Source: Octopus sinensis (Eukaryota). Taken from it: a DNA stretch of 64,000 nucleotides. Positions 14,224 to 27,598 of this stretch are shown here, piece by piece. The translations under genes were made by a program, and so were the position numbers. Location of the stretch: positions 6,757,360 to 6,821,359 of the forward strand of contig NC_043019.1 in assembly GCF_006345805.1 (NCBI RefSeq), given 5' to 3'. The first letter of the stretch is position 1, and each line of letters opens with the position of its first letter. The notes below the pieces were generated by a model. The model had not been told where the DNA came from, did no database searches, and saw only the letters and a list, made by a program, of their open reading frames with translations.

Positions 14224-14514
14224 AGTTACGACAAGTTTTCCAGTTGATGAGATCAACGGAACATCTTGTTCGTGAAATTAACGTGCAAGTTCAGCGCATT
14301 TCACAAACACGCATACTCTTAGCGCAGGGCCTCAAGCACATTGGGCGTCACACAAAGTTTGAGATGGCTGTGACCCCGTCCAATTACAGGTACAACTATT
14401 TTTTTTCCAGCTGAGTGGACTGGAGCAACGTGAAATAAAGTGTCTTGCTCAAGGACACACGGCACCGACGGGAATCGAATACACACCCTTACATTCTTGC
14501 GCCGAATACTCTAA
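14224..14514 (-). mobile_element. tRNA SINE (family D), second tandem copy
   Basis: CAGCTGAGTGGACTGGAGCAACGTGAAATAAAGTGTCTTGCTCAAGGACAC...GGGAATCGAA. Confidence 0.82.
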
Positions 14515-14777
14515 AAATGAAAACCTGCGTCTTCACAACGATCTCATAAATCCATAAACACCCCCTCCGGCACTCCATGTCGTCCCCAATAAATTTGCGG
14601 GTAGCAGATTTCTCTGCAATAAATAATTCAAAAGAAGATGTAAAACCGCAAATTGCCAAACAAATCGCTGTAGAAAACCACATTGCTGTAACCTGCAAAT
14701 ACCTTATCGCCAGGGCTATAAAACGCAATGTTAAATTAAGTTGATGAAAATTTATTCAAAATGAATGAAAATTTGTC

Positions 14778-15030
14778 TCAGTATTTTGTAGGCCCTTCTT
14801 TAGCTAACACCACAGCTTTCACTCGATTAACCACAGATTTGATTAAATTATTAATGAAACACTGATCCATGTTTATCCGCTCTTCAGTCAACGCTTCTTT
14901 CAGCTCCATAATTGATGTAATTTTCGATGATCTTGCTAACAATCTTCTGTCGAGATGCTCCAATGCGTGTTTTAGCCGGTTAATAAAGAATGGTTGCTGT
15001 TTTCTTTGGCATTAAATAATCTCCGATCCT
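14778..15030 (-). pseudogene. Tc1-like transposase C-terminal remnant
   Basis: EHLDRRL...ELKEALTEE...NLIKSVVNRVKAVVLAKEGPTKY* matches the Tc1 C-terminus (..RxxAVIxAKGGxTKY). Confidence 0.85.
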
Positions 15031-15279
15031 GCAGATCTATGATCAAAGACATTCTGGGAGTAACCATCCATTTTTTCCTTGTTAGAACTATCTAAGACTA
15101 CATTAATTCGGCGAATTGATTGGCTCGTTAGAGCACAGGAGGGAGAGAGCGCCTTACTATATTAGATACGGCTCAATGCCGTTTGCGTGTAAACCGGAAC
15201 CGATGTCAAATTTGCTTTTCATTTCTTTCGCAAACAACAAAGTGCTCGCCAAATGTTGGTGGGGATCCTTGTCTCTCTT

Positions 15280-15310
<31 letters not shown>

Positions 15311-16680
15311 ATCTTTCTCTCTCCCTCTCTCTTTCTCTCTCTCTCACACTCACGCACACACACGCGCACACACACATACAAACACAGAAACACAATCTCT
15401 CTCCTCTCATTCTCACCCACTCTTTCTCTCTTATTCTCTTTCTCTATCTTTCTCTCTCACTTTCCTCTCTCTGCCTTTCTCAGTGTGTCTCTCCTTTTCC
15501 CTCTCTCTCTTTCTCTCTCTTTATTTGTTCCAGTCTTTCTCTATTTATCCCTCTTTCTCGCTATTTGTCCCTCTCTCTCATAACTTCACACACGACCTTC
15601 TTATAATTTAAAGCATGTTGATCAACTTAAAATGTTTTCGTTCGCAACCTTGCTAGGTGGCCGGTCAAAATGTACTCTAAGTAAAACAGAAAAAGAGCGC
15701 ATACATACAGTATGCTTGCGTTTGGTTAATTTCCCGTCTACCAAACTTTACCTATACCGAAAGATATGCTGAGCATTGAACCTTACATCTGCAGTCCTGT
15801 CTTTGCAAACCGAATTTCTTTTCACACAGATATGCATGCAACCACGTCTGACGCTTGCATCGACCTGGTTTCTATAAGATCGATTGCTAACGCGAAATTC
15901 TAGATCATTTGGGTGAACGTCTTTTCCACTCATCATCAGGCTGAGAGAACTCTATTGTCTTGCCACATTTGGGAAAATATAAACAACAGTGAATGAAAAG
16001 AAAGAATAGGAAGTAAAGATATAGTCTAAGTTGGTTCCTTATGGCTTCTGCCTTTGGGGTATCTTTTAATTGATCGATTCCTCGCTTTTACAACGCCATA
16101 ATGTCTGGCTATTAAAAAAAATTAACCAGTATCAGCTGCTCTTTAAGTTATTCTTTTCGTCAAATCATGCACGGATAATTTCAAACAAAATATCTTTGTT
16201 GTAGAAAGTAGCTGAGCTTGGCAACGGAGAATGCTTTTGTCTTGGAACACTGTGCCAACTTGATATCACACGCAAGCGCACATTGGCGCACTCACACTTT
16301 CTCGCCTCTCCATTTCCTTCACTCTCTCCTTCTCTCTCTCTCTATCTCTATCTCTTTCACACACACACACACACACACTCACACATGCATGCATGCATGC
16401 AAAATTAAACATAACTTCACGCAAATTCACACAAGAATATGTCGATCACTGAAAGCGCTTGTCTGGCACAATTACACGCATAAATACAGACATAAATACA
16501 TCCATATACATATACACATCTGTGTAGATGTAGATGAATGTATGTGTGTATATATGTATGTATACATATAAGTTCTATATATGTATGTGCACACAGACCA
16601 AACATACATACATAATATGTGTATGTGTTTCTATATGTATGTATATAAAGTGTTTCATTTTCTACCAAAGAACAGTACAT

Positions 16681-16717
<37 letters not shown>

Positions 16718-17130
16718 ATAATAATATATATATATATATACTCATGTTACGTCTAGTGCACTCAATAACAGATATGCAATTTTTAACGGAAACGCGTGTT
16801 TATTTTAACACAGTCTCGTACAACATTCAGTGTTAGAGGTAGAGGAGACACCAGTACACAACTAGTAAAAGAGTTCTCTTGCCAAAGACCGATAACTCAC
16901 GAATTCCCCCTGAAAACATAAGCACCCATGTGCAATAATACTGATTTGGAAATAATCGTTCTAAAGCGTTGAAGAAAAAGAACCAATTACGCAAAACTGT
17001 GCTATGACATATAGCAAATAAACTCTTCCCGTTCCGTTGCCAGCGTAACCAGCAATGAAAAATAGAATAATGGATAAAATTACTAACGAAACGACTATAA
17101 TCATAGGCAAGGTCTGAAGAAGCAGTGAGA

Positions 17131-17425
17131 TAGTTCTCCCCGTGCCACGACGCCCATAAGGCAGCAATATGATCTCTCAAGCCAGCTCTGTTTTGTGTCA
17201 CTGTTCTGGTTTCATTCCAGCTTCTCTACCCATCTCGTCTCTTTTCCTTTTCAATTGTCCCTCACCATGCTCGTTCTTGAATGCCCTGGTCCCTTTTCCC
17301 CCTGCTGGCTATCATTTTAATGACACCATAAAGTGACATCCCGGCTCTTGTTTGGGGATGTGATCGATTCACTTCCAACGCCTACCGTTTATTTCGTCAC
17401 TGGTCCTGTTGTGTTCATGCCTGTT
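17131..17425 (-). pseudogene. RTE-clade LINE ORF2 C-terminal remnant
   Basis: With frameshifts: RWK*IDHI-KQEPG...LK**PAGGK...W*GTIEKE...SWNETRTVTQNRAGLRDHIAALWASWHGEN, resembling RTE RWxWIGHxLR..PxGKRxRGRP..DRxxWRxxVAALCA. Confidence 0.78.
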
Positions 17426-18429
17426 ATATATATATATATATGCAGTTCTACGTTTGTATACCAGTGTGTGCATCTACAAACACACACACACACACACACA
17501 ACACACACACACACACACACACACAACATATATATATATATATATATAAATCATAACCATATTCTTCTAATTTACCTGATGTTGTTAAGCCGATGAAATA
17601 TTATCTAACCCGCTAGGTACGTTGCGTATCTATTTTCATTCATTCAATTCGCTCTCACATAATTCTACATCACTGTAAGCAGCTGCGAAAATAGACATAA
17701 TGAATCCTTGCAGAAGAGTGTCATAAAGTCTATATCTTATACAGCAACATGTGAATCTCAAAATATAGCAGCTACATCTCTCTGCTGCTATAAAATTCAT
17801 GAATCACAATTTTACGTAGCCCTACTCCCATACGGAAAATGGTTGACGATGCCTGGAGGGCAATTTATAATGTTTATGCTGTGTTAGTATTCATCTGCTA
17901 TTGAACAATAATGTGCGGATTCTTATTATATCACTATATAACACTCGCTTTTCTCTCTCTCTCTCACTCCCTCTCTTGTCCTCTCTCTCTCTCTCTCACG
18001 CGTGCGCTTTCTCTTTCTCTCTCTTTCGCCCTCTCTCAGTCTCTCCATCTCTCAGTCTGTATACCATATATCCTACGTTCTTGAACAATTTCTCTTTTTG
18101 CTGCTCACTTTGACACTCATAAAACACATACATAGCCCATCCAGCTCCACACATACTTGGTTATGTGCTTTTCTGCTTGATTTCTTTACAAGATTCTCTT
18201 GTTTAATTATAATCTGCTCCGGTGGAATGAACTATTATCTCGACCAAGTGACCCTGGGTCGCTGCATTTACAAGATTTCATACATACACGAGAGCGTGTG
18301 TGTGTATACATATGAATATTTGTGTGAGTGTGTGTATGTCCCCTGCCCAAGCTTGATTTCCGTGTTCACCACTAGAACCTCATTTACGCTTAGGAGTCCT
18401 TCCTGTTTGTTTTCACTGTCCTGTTTGTG

Positions 18430-18723
18430 TTACTAATTTTGATCCTCCGCAAAAATCCTAAATGTTATTTAATTTGCTCTGCGAGAACAACTGTTTTATC
18501 GAAAGCATATCTTGTCGTTAAATGCTCGAAATACGAGAGTAGAAAAACAGCCAACAACTGATGAAGGGTCGTTTCTTTGTTCTTTCTTTTGCTTTTTGTC
18601 TTGGCTTCTTTTGTACCTCTCGTTGTTCGAAGAAACAGTTCATATTACATGTATTCGTACTTAGTATTTTTGTTGTACACATTTCGTGACGTCCTGTACC
18701 CACTTATCCATATATATATATAT

Positions 18724-18756
<33 letters not shown>

Positions 18757-18975
18757 CAATTTTATTTTAATTCTCTCGCAGGAAGTACTAATTTTGCGAG
18801 TCGTGTTCTGTCTGCCTTCGAATTCGAAACACGTGGAGGCGAACTAGTGACAGCTGATGAAGGGCATATTGTGTAGTATTGTCCTGTACTCTGCTTTTCT
18901 GTTGCAAAAAAAATGGTTTTTCCGCTTTCGTTTCTCGTTGAGTTCTACGTTTACTTGTGGTGTCCTGTACTCAGT
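18430..18975 (+). mobile_element. Probable Penelope-like (pLTR) remnant with two diverged units
   Basis: TCGAAA(T/C)AC..CA(A/G)CTGATGAAGGG..GTCCTGTAC occurs twice, 296 bp apart. Confidence 0.4.
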
Positions 18976-19065
18976 GTGTATATATTTATATATGCATGTA
19001 TATATACATGTAGATGTAGGTACGTAGATATATGTTTGTATGTATGCATATTTTTATTACACTAT

Positions 19066-19111
<46 letters not shown>

Positions 19112-19167
19112 TCGTATAGATGTAAGTATGTACATATATGCATGATAATATGCATTATATATATAGT

Positions 19168-19445
19168 CTTTTACTCTTTTAATCTTTTACTTGTTTAAGT
19201 AATTTGATTGCGGACATGCTGTAGAGCCACCTTTTTTAGTCGAACAAATCGACCATAAGACTTATTTCTTATAAGCCTAGTACTTATACTATTGGTCTTT
19301 TTTGACGAACAACTAAGTGTCGTGGACGTAAACACACCAACATGCGATGGTGCGGGGGACGCACACATACACAAATAACAAATATATGTGTGTATATAAT
19401 ATATATATAAACACGACTGGCTTGTGTCAGTTTCCGCTACCAATC

Positions 19446-19448
<3 letters not shown>
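19168..19448 (-). mobile_element. CORE-type SINE (family A), 5'-truncated
   Basis: Matches family A 3' half plus CAGTTTCCGCTACCAATCCAC. Confidence 0.85.
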
Positions 19449-19501
<53 letters not shown>

Positions 19502-19513
19502 TATATATATATC

Positions 19514-19546
<33 letters not shown>

Positions 19547-19551
19547 ATACA

Positions 19552-19637
19552 TTTCGGCATAAAGCCAGTAATTTCGAGGGAAGTAGTAAGTCTATCGTAT
19601 CAACCCCAGTACTCAACTGGTACTTATTTTACCGACC
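19552..19637 (-). mobile_element. SINE family B 3' fragment
   Basis: AACCCCAGTACTCAACTGGTACTTATTTTTACCGACC. Confidence 0.7.
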
Positions 19638-20707
19638 ATCATGGTCACTGTCTAATGACAACAACAAGTAGAACATAAAAGATGAAGACAATATGATCGA
19701 AGAAATGCACGCTAATTCTTAAGCGCAAGTGTGGAGTCCTCAACCTCATTTTCTAACAAGCCATATCATTGGATCACATGTTTGTTATGCCATTTAGTGC
19801 TGATTTCGTAGCTATTTCTAACAAATCAATAGGCCACGTAGAGGTTACCAGTTTAAGGCAGTAGAGTAGTGTTTTGCTTTTAGAATTTACCGTTACTGGC
19901 ATAAATAATTTTTTCTATTTACTGATAAGCATATCTAAACTCAGCAGAAAATATAATAAGCTTAGGCCAACGTTATCGGTTGCAGCAACCTCTTGGAATC
20001 ACCTTCTTCGTGTCATATTCCTCCGGGGATGGAGGAGGCCGGAAGAATTAACAGCAATTAGTACGCCAGAAAATGTGTCTTTCCATCCTGACCCGACCCT
20101 GCTTGTTAATAGCAACATTATCAAGAGCTTGATGAGGTGGTTTATGGTATATATGTATACAGTCCTACATGTCTGTGCTTTCAGACGTATAAGGGAAGGA
20201 CAACTGTAGACCTGTTTATCTATTTCACTTCAGCTATTTCACTAACATTACAGATAAAAAGTTATTTCATATTTTTATTCCGTATTTATTATCTGGGACA
20301 TACACGCACACACACATAACGAGAGATGCGCACGCATACATACGCACAAACGTGTGTATATGCACGTATATATATACATATATATATATATTTTTTTTTT
20401 TTATACGTGTATGTGTATGTGTATATATATATATATACATATATATACATATATATGTACATATGTGTGTATATATACATATATATATATATATGTGTAT
20501 ATATATACATAATATATATATTTATTATGAGAATATGAGAATAAGGGGGGAGAACGCAAATACGCACGCACACATATATGTAAATGTACACATATACCTG
20601 TGTTTATACATTTGTTTATAAATATAAGATGTATATATATATATATGTATATTTCTAAACATATGTATGTATGCGTATGTATGTGTGTATATACATATAT
20701 ATAACAC

Positions 20708-20771
<64 letters not shown>

Positions 20772-20890
20772 TAGATATATACCTACATATGTATATATGT
20801 ACATAATCTATATATATACATACATTGATATACATAACATGCACACATATACACAGACATTCATATTAACATACATATGTACATACGCAT

Positions 20891-20931
<41 letters not shown>

Positions 20932-21352
20932 CACAGATAAACACAGTGATATGTTGGGCGATAGGGAGTCGAGAAAGATCATATCAGGCGAAGATAAGCA
21001 AAGCTTATCAAACACCGTCATTGATATTCGACTTCATTTACATTCCATTTCCCAGGCACTCTCTTTTATTGTTTGCCTTGTGTGCTTTAATGTGTCGCCA
21101 TTGACTTTTACACATCGTTGTTATTACTAGCATTATATAGACGTTAACAATATTATTACTAACATAACTACTACTGTTAATATTAATGTAACTACTACAT
21201 CAACGACAACTACCCACCACCACTGATACTGCTGCTGCTGTTATTGTGTTCGTTATATTTCTCTTGTTATTATCATTATTGTTATTATTATTGTTATTAT
21301 TATTATTATTATTATTGTCGTTATTATTATTATTATTATTATCATTATTATT

Positions 21353-21596
21353 TATGGGTTTTTCTTCTTCTTTCAAATTTGCTTCCATTTCTTGCAGAGT
21401 GTCTTCTCGACTCTGAGGGCAAAGAAACTCATAGTTCGTTAATTAATTAATTTTTTAATTTTTTATAGAAATAAAGTTAAATTAAAATACATGGGTAGTA
21501 ACAGTTCTCATATCGACAATGCTCTTCACAATACGTGTGCTGTACCAGTTAAGACAATCTTTTGCACTTCTTGCAGGGATGGTAAGCCAGGGATGT
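21353..21596 (-). mobile_element. R4/Dong-like non-LTR 3' end, second subfamily, in (TAA)n
   Basis: 21594-21508 reads IPGLPSLQEVQKIVLTGTAHVL*RALSI*; different 3'UTR from 5532-5812; AAT runs on both sides. Confidence 0.76.
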
Positions 21597-21624
21597 ATTA
21601 TCATTATTATTATTATTGTTATTG

Positions 21625-21792
21625 AGGTGGTGAACTGGCAGAATCGTTAGCATGCTGGGCGAAATGATTAGCAGTATTTCACCCGCCGCTACGTTCTGAG
21701 TTCAAATTCCGTCGAGGTCGACTTTACCTTTCATCTTTTCTGGGTCGATGAAATAAGCAGCATTGAAACACTAGGCTCAATATAAACGATTC
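21625..21792 (+). mobile_element. tRNA SINE family B
   Basis: GGTGAACTGGCAGAATCGTTAGCA head; GAGTTCAAATTCC B box; GGTCGACTTTACCTTTCATC core. Confidence 0.85.
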
Positions 21793-21975
21793 ATTTTGCC
21801 TCAAGGGCAGCGATTTTGGGGTAAGGGATGAATCGATTACATCGACCCAAGAGTTACATTTATACTTCATTTATTGAGCCCGAAAGGATTAAAAGGCAAA
21901 GTCGACCTCGACGGAAATTTGAACTCCGCAAAGCCGGACGATATGAAGCTAAGCGTTTTGTCCGGCGTGCTAACA

Positions 21976-21978
<3 letters not shown>
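21793..21978 (-). mobile_element. tRNA SINE family B, inverted relative to its neighbour
   Basis: AAGGCAAAGTCGACCTCGACGGAAATTTGAACTC...CCGGCGTGCTAAC. Confidence 0.85.
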
Positions 21979-22063
<85 letters not shown>

Positions 22064-22122
22064 GCTTCAAATTTTGACACAAGGTGAACGTATTAGGGTG
22101 AAGGGATGAGTCGATTACATTA

Positions 22123-22177
<55 letters not shown>

Positions 22178-23491
22178 CATTATTATTATATCATTATTAT
22201 TATTATCATAATTATTATTATCATTATTATCATTATTATTATTATTATTATCATTATTGTTGTTGTTGTTGTTGTTGTTGGTGTAGTTGTTACTACTTTT
22301 TACTATTAATATTCACATTGTTACAGATTTGTTTCTCTTATCTTTATTACAGACTTTTTCGTTGTTTTTTATATTTAAATTCTTTTTTATATTTCTTTTT
22401 GAAAGATCATTTCTTCTGATTATTATAACAGTCGTTGCCAGTGAGGCCGACGTTGCAGCTGATCATGCTGCTGTTGATGATGATTATCATGAAGATGAAG
22501 AGGAGGCGGTGAAGGAGGATGAGTACGGTGATCATGACAGCGATAGTGGTGCTGATGGTGGTGATGATTTTGTCTACCGTCCCCATTCATTCATTGTCTG
22601 TGTTCTTCGTGAAGCTGTGGTTGCAGCCATGTTTTGCCTCCTAATTTCTTGATTTACTGCAGTTTGTTTTGTTTATCTTATTTCGTTCTTTTCCATTTGC
22701 TGTTCATAAACTCTAATACTATAATAAAAAATATATTATTTATGTTATATAATTTCTGATGTTGATATATCGCTATTGTATAAACTTTGGTACAATGCCA
22801 ATTTGTAGATTTTGGTATATCGCCATTAAGCACATCTTGGTGTCGTGCTATGGTATAGATTATCGTAACAATGTTTTTATGCATCTTGGTATAATGTTAA
22901 AAATAGTTCCTAGTATAATACTTACATTTAGGGTTTGATACAACGCCATATGAAGTGTAATTTTCATCGCTTAATCTCAGAGGAATAGGCAGTGGCCGGT
23001 GAAATATTTTTATAAGAGAGGATGCGATTAGACTACCTCATCAGAAAAATATGTCAAGGTACCTATAGTTCACTTATGTTTAAACACTGCTCGGTGCAGA
23101 TACCGATATAATTGTCTCTAACCTGACGGCCTAATGGTACAACGTAGTCATTGTTATTAAAGCTACGGCTTTAATTATATCTATCCAGAGTTGCCACCCT
23201 TCGTTTTTTTCTCATTGATAACGGCTACAGAACTAGAAACATAACTAGGATTACGACAGGGAACATCACGGGATAGATATGTCTATTTCCCACCGTTTTC
23301 CCATAAGAGAGAATTTCTTTTCTCCGCGGTAACTGCAATGAATTTAGAAATTGAAATATCTCAGAAACATATTTCAACTAACCTCTGTTTCGCCTATGCC
23401 TAAATAATGATTCTAACCGATACTGCTGTAATATGTGTGTGTGTTTGTGTATGTGTGCGTGTGTGTGTTTGCGTGTGTGCGTGTGTGTGTT

Positions 23492-23523
<32 letters not shown>

Positions 23524-23772
23524 TTCTGGTGTTGGTATATCACTACTGCATACAGTTTGGTATAATGCCAATTTGTAGATTTTGGTATATCGCTATTAAG
23601 CATATCTTAGTGTCATGCTATGATATAGATTGACCATTAGCCACTAAAGGTTTTTTTAAAATTCTCCCTCTGTTTATTTTCTCGTCTTCCTCTCTGTTGA
23701 AGAGCGTAGTTGTAAATTCCAACTAGATGTGTATATATAAATACTTCCTCTATACCTATTATTATATATATA

Positions 23773-24188
23773 GGCGCAGGAGTGGCTGTGTGGTAAGTAG
23801 CTTGTTTACCAACTACATGGTTCCGGGTTCAATCCCACTGTGTGGCACCTTGGGAAAGTGTCTTCTACTATAGCCTCGGGCCGACCAAAGTCTTGTGAGT
23901 GGATTTGGTAGACGGAAACTGAAAGAAGCCCGTCGTATATATGTATATATATATGTATGTGTATATGTTTGTGTGTCTGTATTTGTCCCATCCAACATCG
24001 CTTGACAACCGATGCTGGCGTGTTTATGTCCCCGTCACTTAGCGGTTCGGCAAAATAGACCGATAGAATAAGTACTGGGCTTACAAAGAATAAGTCCCGG
24101 GGTCGAGTAGCTCGATCAAAGACAGTGCTCCAGCATGGCGGCAGTCAAATGACTGAAACAAGTAAAAGAGTAAAGAGAGTAAAAGAGT
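23773..24188 (+). mobile_element. Full-length CORE-type tRNA SINE (family A; Octopus OR1/OR2-like, tentative)
   Basis: A box TGGCTGTGTGG, B box GGTTCAATCCC, CORE-like GGCACCTTGGGAAAGTGTCTT, internal TA/TG microsatellite, AAGAGT tail. Confidence 0.92.
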
Positions 24189-25696
24189 ATATGTGTGTAT
24201 GTGTGTGTGTGTATGTATGTATGTACGTATGTATGTTTAAAAGAAGGATGTTTTTTAAGGTTGTAAACAATTCAGCGAACAGTTAAACAGAATGTCACTA
24301 ACCTTGAGGAAAGAATTTTGCGTGTAGTGTTCGTATTGCGGGAACTGCGTATGTCGGGTGTTCGCGATACCGTGTTTCATTTTTCAATCACACGTGTTCT
24401 ATGGTAATAGGTATAGAGGAAGTTTGTTTTTAGTAATGATGTTGACTATATCCGGTTTAGTTTCGAATTTTGAACTCTATTCTCCTTTTGAAATTCGTTG
24501 TTGATCTTTTTTCTTTACTTTGTAGAAGGGGAATATTGAAAGTTTTATTTGCCCAAATCTCTAGATGTTTTCGACATGGGATATATCTAAGAGTTCGATC
24601 ATTAATCTGTTGTTCCTGCAGTAAAGTAATCCGGAAATACAGCAACGCTATTATTAAAACTGGGAACATAACGGAAATAGATAACGCCATTACTAAAACC
24701 GAAATGAAACCGGAAATAGATAACACGATTACTAAACACAACTCCCTCTACAGCCATTAGTCCTGGACACGTTCGTTTGAAACGTTGCACAGAGAAAGCG
24801 CTTACTTAGAGTATACACATACGTGTGTTTGTACGTTTAAGTACTTTTTCTTTGTATTGCATGCATGTGTGGGTAAGTTGTTTGATTATCTCATTAATGG
24901 TGTGTGTATATATATATGTTTGTATGTGTGTGCGTGTGTATTTATGCGTGTGTATGCATGGTGTGCATATATATGTATATGTATATGTGTGTGTATATAT
25001 GTCACATTATGACATTTATTTACTCAAACATGAGAGTTGAGTTGTTAGACAATTATAAATTACGGAAGATCGATAAAAGATCAGTTGAAGAATGTTAATA
25101 ATGGTTATAGTAAATGCTAGTACTTCCACGGAACTGTTATACGTTGAATTCAAATTATCGTTATTTAGGAAATCTTTGTTTTACTCTCCTTTCTGCTCGT
25201 AATTCCAATATAGCGATTTCAATAAATATCAGAAATACCAAATTTCTAAATCTCTCGTAGAGACATGTACGGTGGTGGGGCGATAGAATGGTTGTATACT
25301 GTCAATCTAACACGAACGTGACAGTAGGGGGGTACACCACCGCTGTTTAGCCCTAGCAAGCATCGACGCCTCCTGATGGCTTTGACACATTTTTCCTGTG
25401 TCCTTATATACATTTACGAAGGGGAGACAAACACCCCCAGTCGCCCGGGGCTGCATCTGGGGACACGTGTTTCAGGATGATTGTCCTTCGTCGGCCTAGA
25501 GTAGCAGACACCGGTCAGCTGACGATATTTGTCTCGACTCGTAATGTATATATCTAAATTTCAGTGAAGTCTATTCACTGATTATCAAAATCAGAAATAC
25601 TAAATTTCTAAATTTTGCAGCAACTACATACTATATTTTAACACATCTGTTAAAGATATTCTGAAGGGTTTTTTTCCTGTTTACTCCTATGCTACT

Positions 25697-26060
25697 CGTA
25701 CACCCATGTTTATTTATATATTTTCTTTACATTAAACGTAATATTCTAAATGTTAATTCCTTATTCTGATAAATGCATTCTTCATTATGTTAAACTCTCA
25801 ACAAAGGCATACACGAAAAAAGCACCCTATGCTCTCATCATATATCGTATATGCTATAAACTTATAAACCTGGATACGCGTACACTCATGTTTATCCATA
25901 TATTTTCTTTACATTGAACGTAATATTCTAAATATTAATTCCTCATTGTGATAATAAATGCATTCTTCATTATGTTAAACTCTCAACAAATGCATACACG
26001 AATAACGCCTCCTCTGCTCTCATCATATATCGTATGCTATAAATTTAAAAACTTGGATAC
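25697..26060. repeat. 182-bp tandem duplication (2 copies)
   Basis: CGTACAC(C/T)CATGTTTAT...TGGATAC starts at 25697 and 25879. Confidence 0.92.
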
Positions 26061-27350
26061 CTTTGTAGTCTAGAAGTTTAAGACCTCATACTTGCATTGC
26101 ATCTTTTGTTCGCTAATTTTACTCCTCCTCTACGAAGCATAGCAATTTCCTTCCCATACACATGGCACTATCCACCAAACAATACAATTTGTGAGCAGTT
26201 GGGATATTTCATCGTGTTTTCCAATGAGAAACTATAGATATACAATGGAATTCAGAACCAACCAGCGCTAACGTATCTAGGGTTGGTCCTCCCTGGGTGG
26301 CACGTTTAAAGGTGCGGCACTTTTCATCCTGTTGTAGTCTGTTGCTGTATGCAATATGTGTTTTTGTGGGGTCCGACGGCGGCAAACGGAAGGGCCGTCC
26401 CGGGCAGCACACTGTCTAGCTACGCTGGTGCCAACCCACATAGAGTTACAACGTTTCGCTTACGAACACTTCCATATAAACAATGCAATCGAGGATAAAC
26501 AAAATAGCTAATGGGTGTATATACATATTTCAATACTTATTGCTCTTTCATCAGTAAATTGTACCTTATATCACCACCACTACGAAACTCTATGCTCATC
26601 TATTCACATTTATAATACATACACAAACGTGTATTTGAGTATATTTCTACGTGTCTTGATGGGTTTGCGCATGAGTGATCATACCTTTCTATTTATGTAC
26701 ATGTAGTAACATACAGAGTTCGTGAAAAATAGGAAACTTAATCGTTTCTATATTTATGTTTAGTTTCATTTTTATCTGCGGTTTCTCTATTCCATTATTA
26801 AATCATTAACGTTCTTGGTTTTTTTTTTTATCTCACTTTATTTTTCCATTTATTCCACCATTTATACTTATTATTCCGTCATTTCTCATTTTAATATTCG
26901 ATCATTCGAATTTTTTCACAAGTCGGTGGAGGATTTATGTCCACTGGGATTTTCGTTAATTATTTTAATCTGTTGAAACTATTTTCCCTCAGACCATTAT
27001 ATAAAATGAAAGTACTATCTGAATTTAACAGATGAATGAGGCTTCAAGCTATAATACATCTAGTTATCGCATGTCGAGTTTTTCAGTCGCTGAAGTGTAT
27101 ATATATATATACATATATATATATGTGCCTGTGTGTGTTTGTGTGTGAGTGCGAGTGTGTTTGTGTCTTTACGTGCGTGCGTGTGGGTGTGTATGTTTAT
27201 GTGATTGTGTGACTGAGAGTTTGGTTGTGATTATGTATTTGTGCGCATGTGCGTTTGTGCTTTTGGTTGACGGTACACTAACTTGGCGGCAGTCCAATGT
27301 ACGAATGAATCGTTATATGAACGTGTGTGTATGTTTATGCCTCTAAGTAG

Positions 27351-27381
<31 letters not shown>

Positions 27382-27507
27382 CGCACGCACACACACACAT
27401 ATATATGTACATATATATACATATTATACATATTATATATATATATATCTAAGATATGTATACATATATATATATATGTATACACACATATATATAATAT
27501 GTGTATA

Positions 27508-27551
<44 letters not shown>

Positions 27552-27556
27552 CATGC

Positions 27557-27598
<42 letters not shown>

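Noticed and set aside
16833-17167. Hydrophobic, membrane-protein-like minus-strand ORFs
   Set aside because: The start of the longer ORF is the RTE C-terminus read-through; the shorter one has an upstream in-frame stop and no splice signals.
21560-21590. Apparent 5-nt microexon TTGCAG|GGATG|GTAAGC
   Set aside because: It lies on the antisense strand of the R4/Dong-like coding remnant and is not frame-preserving.
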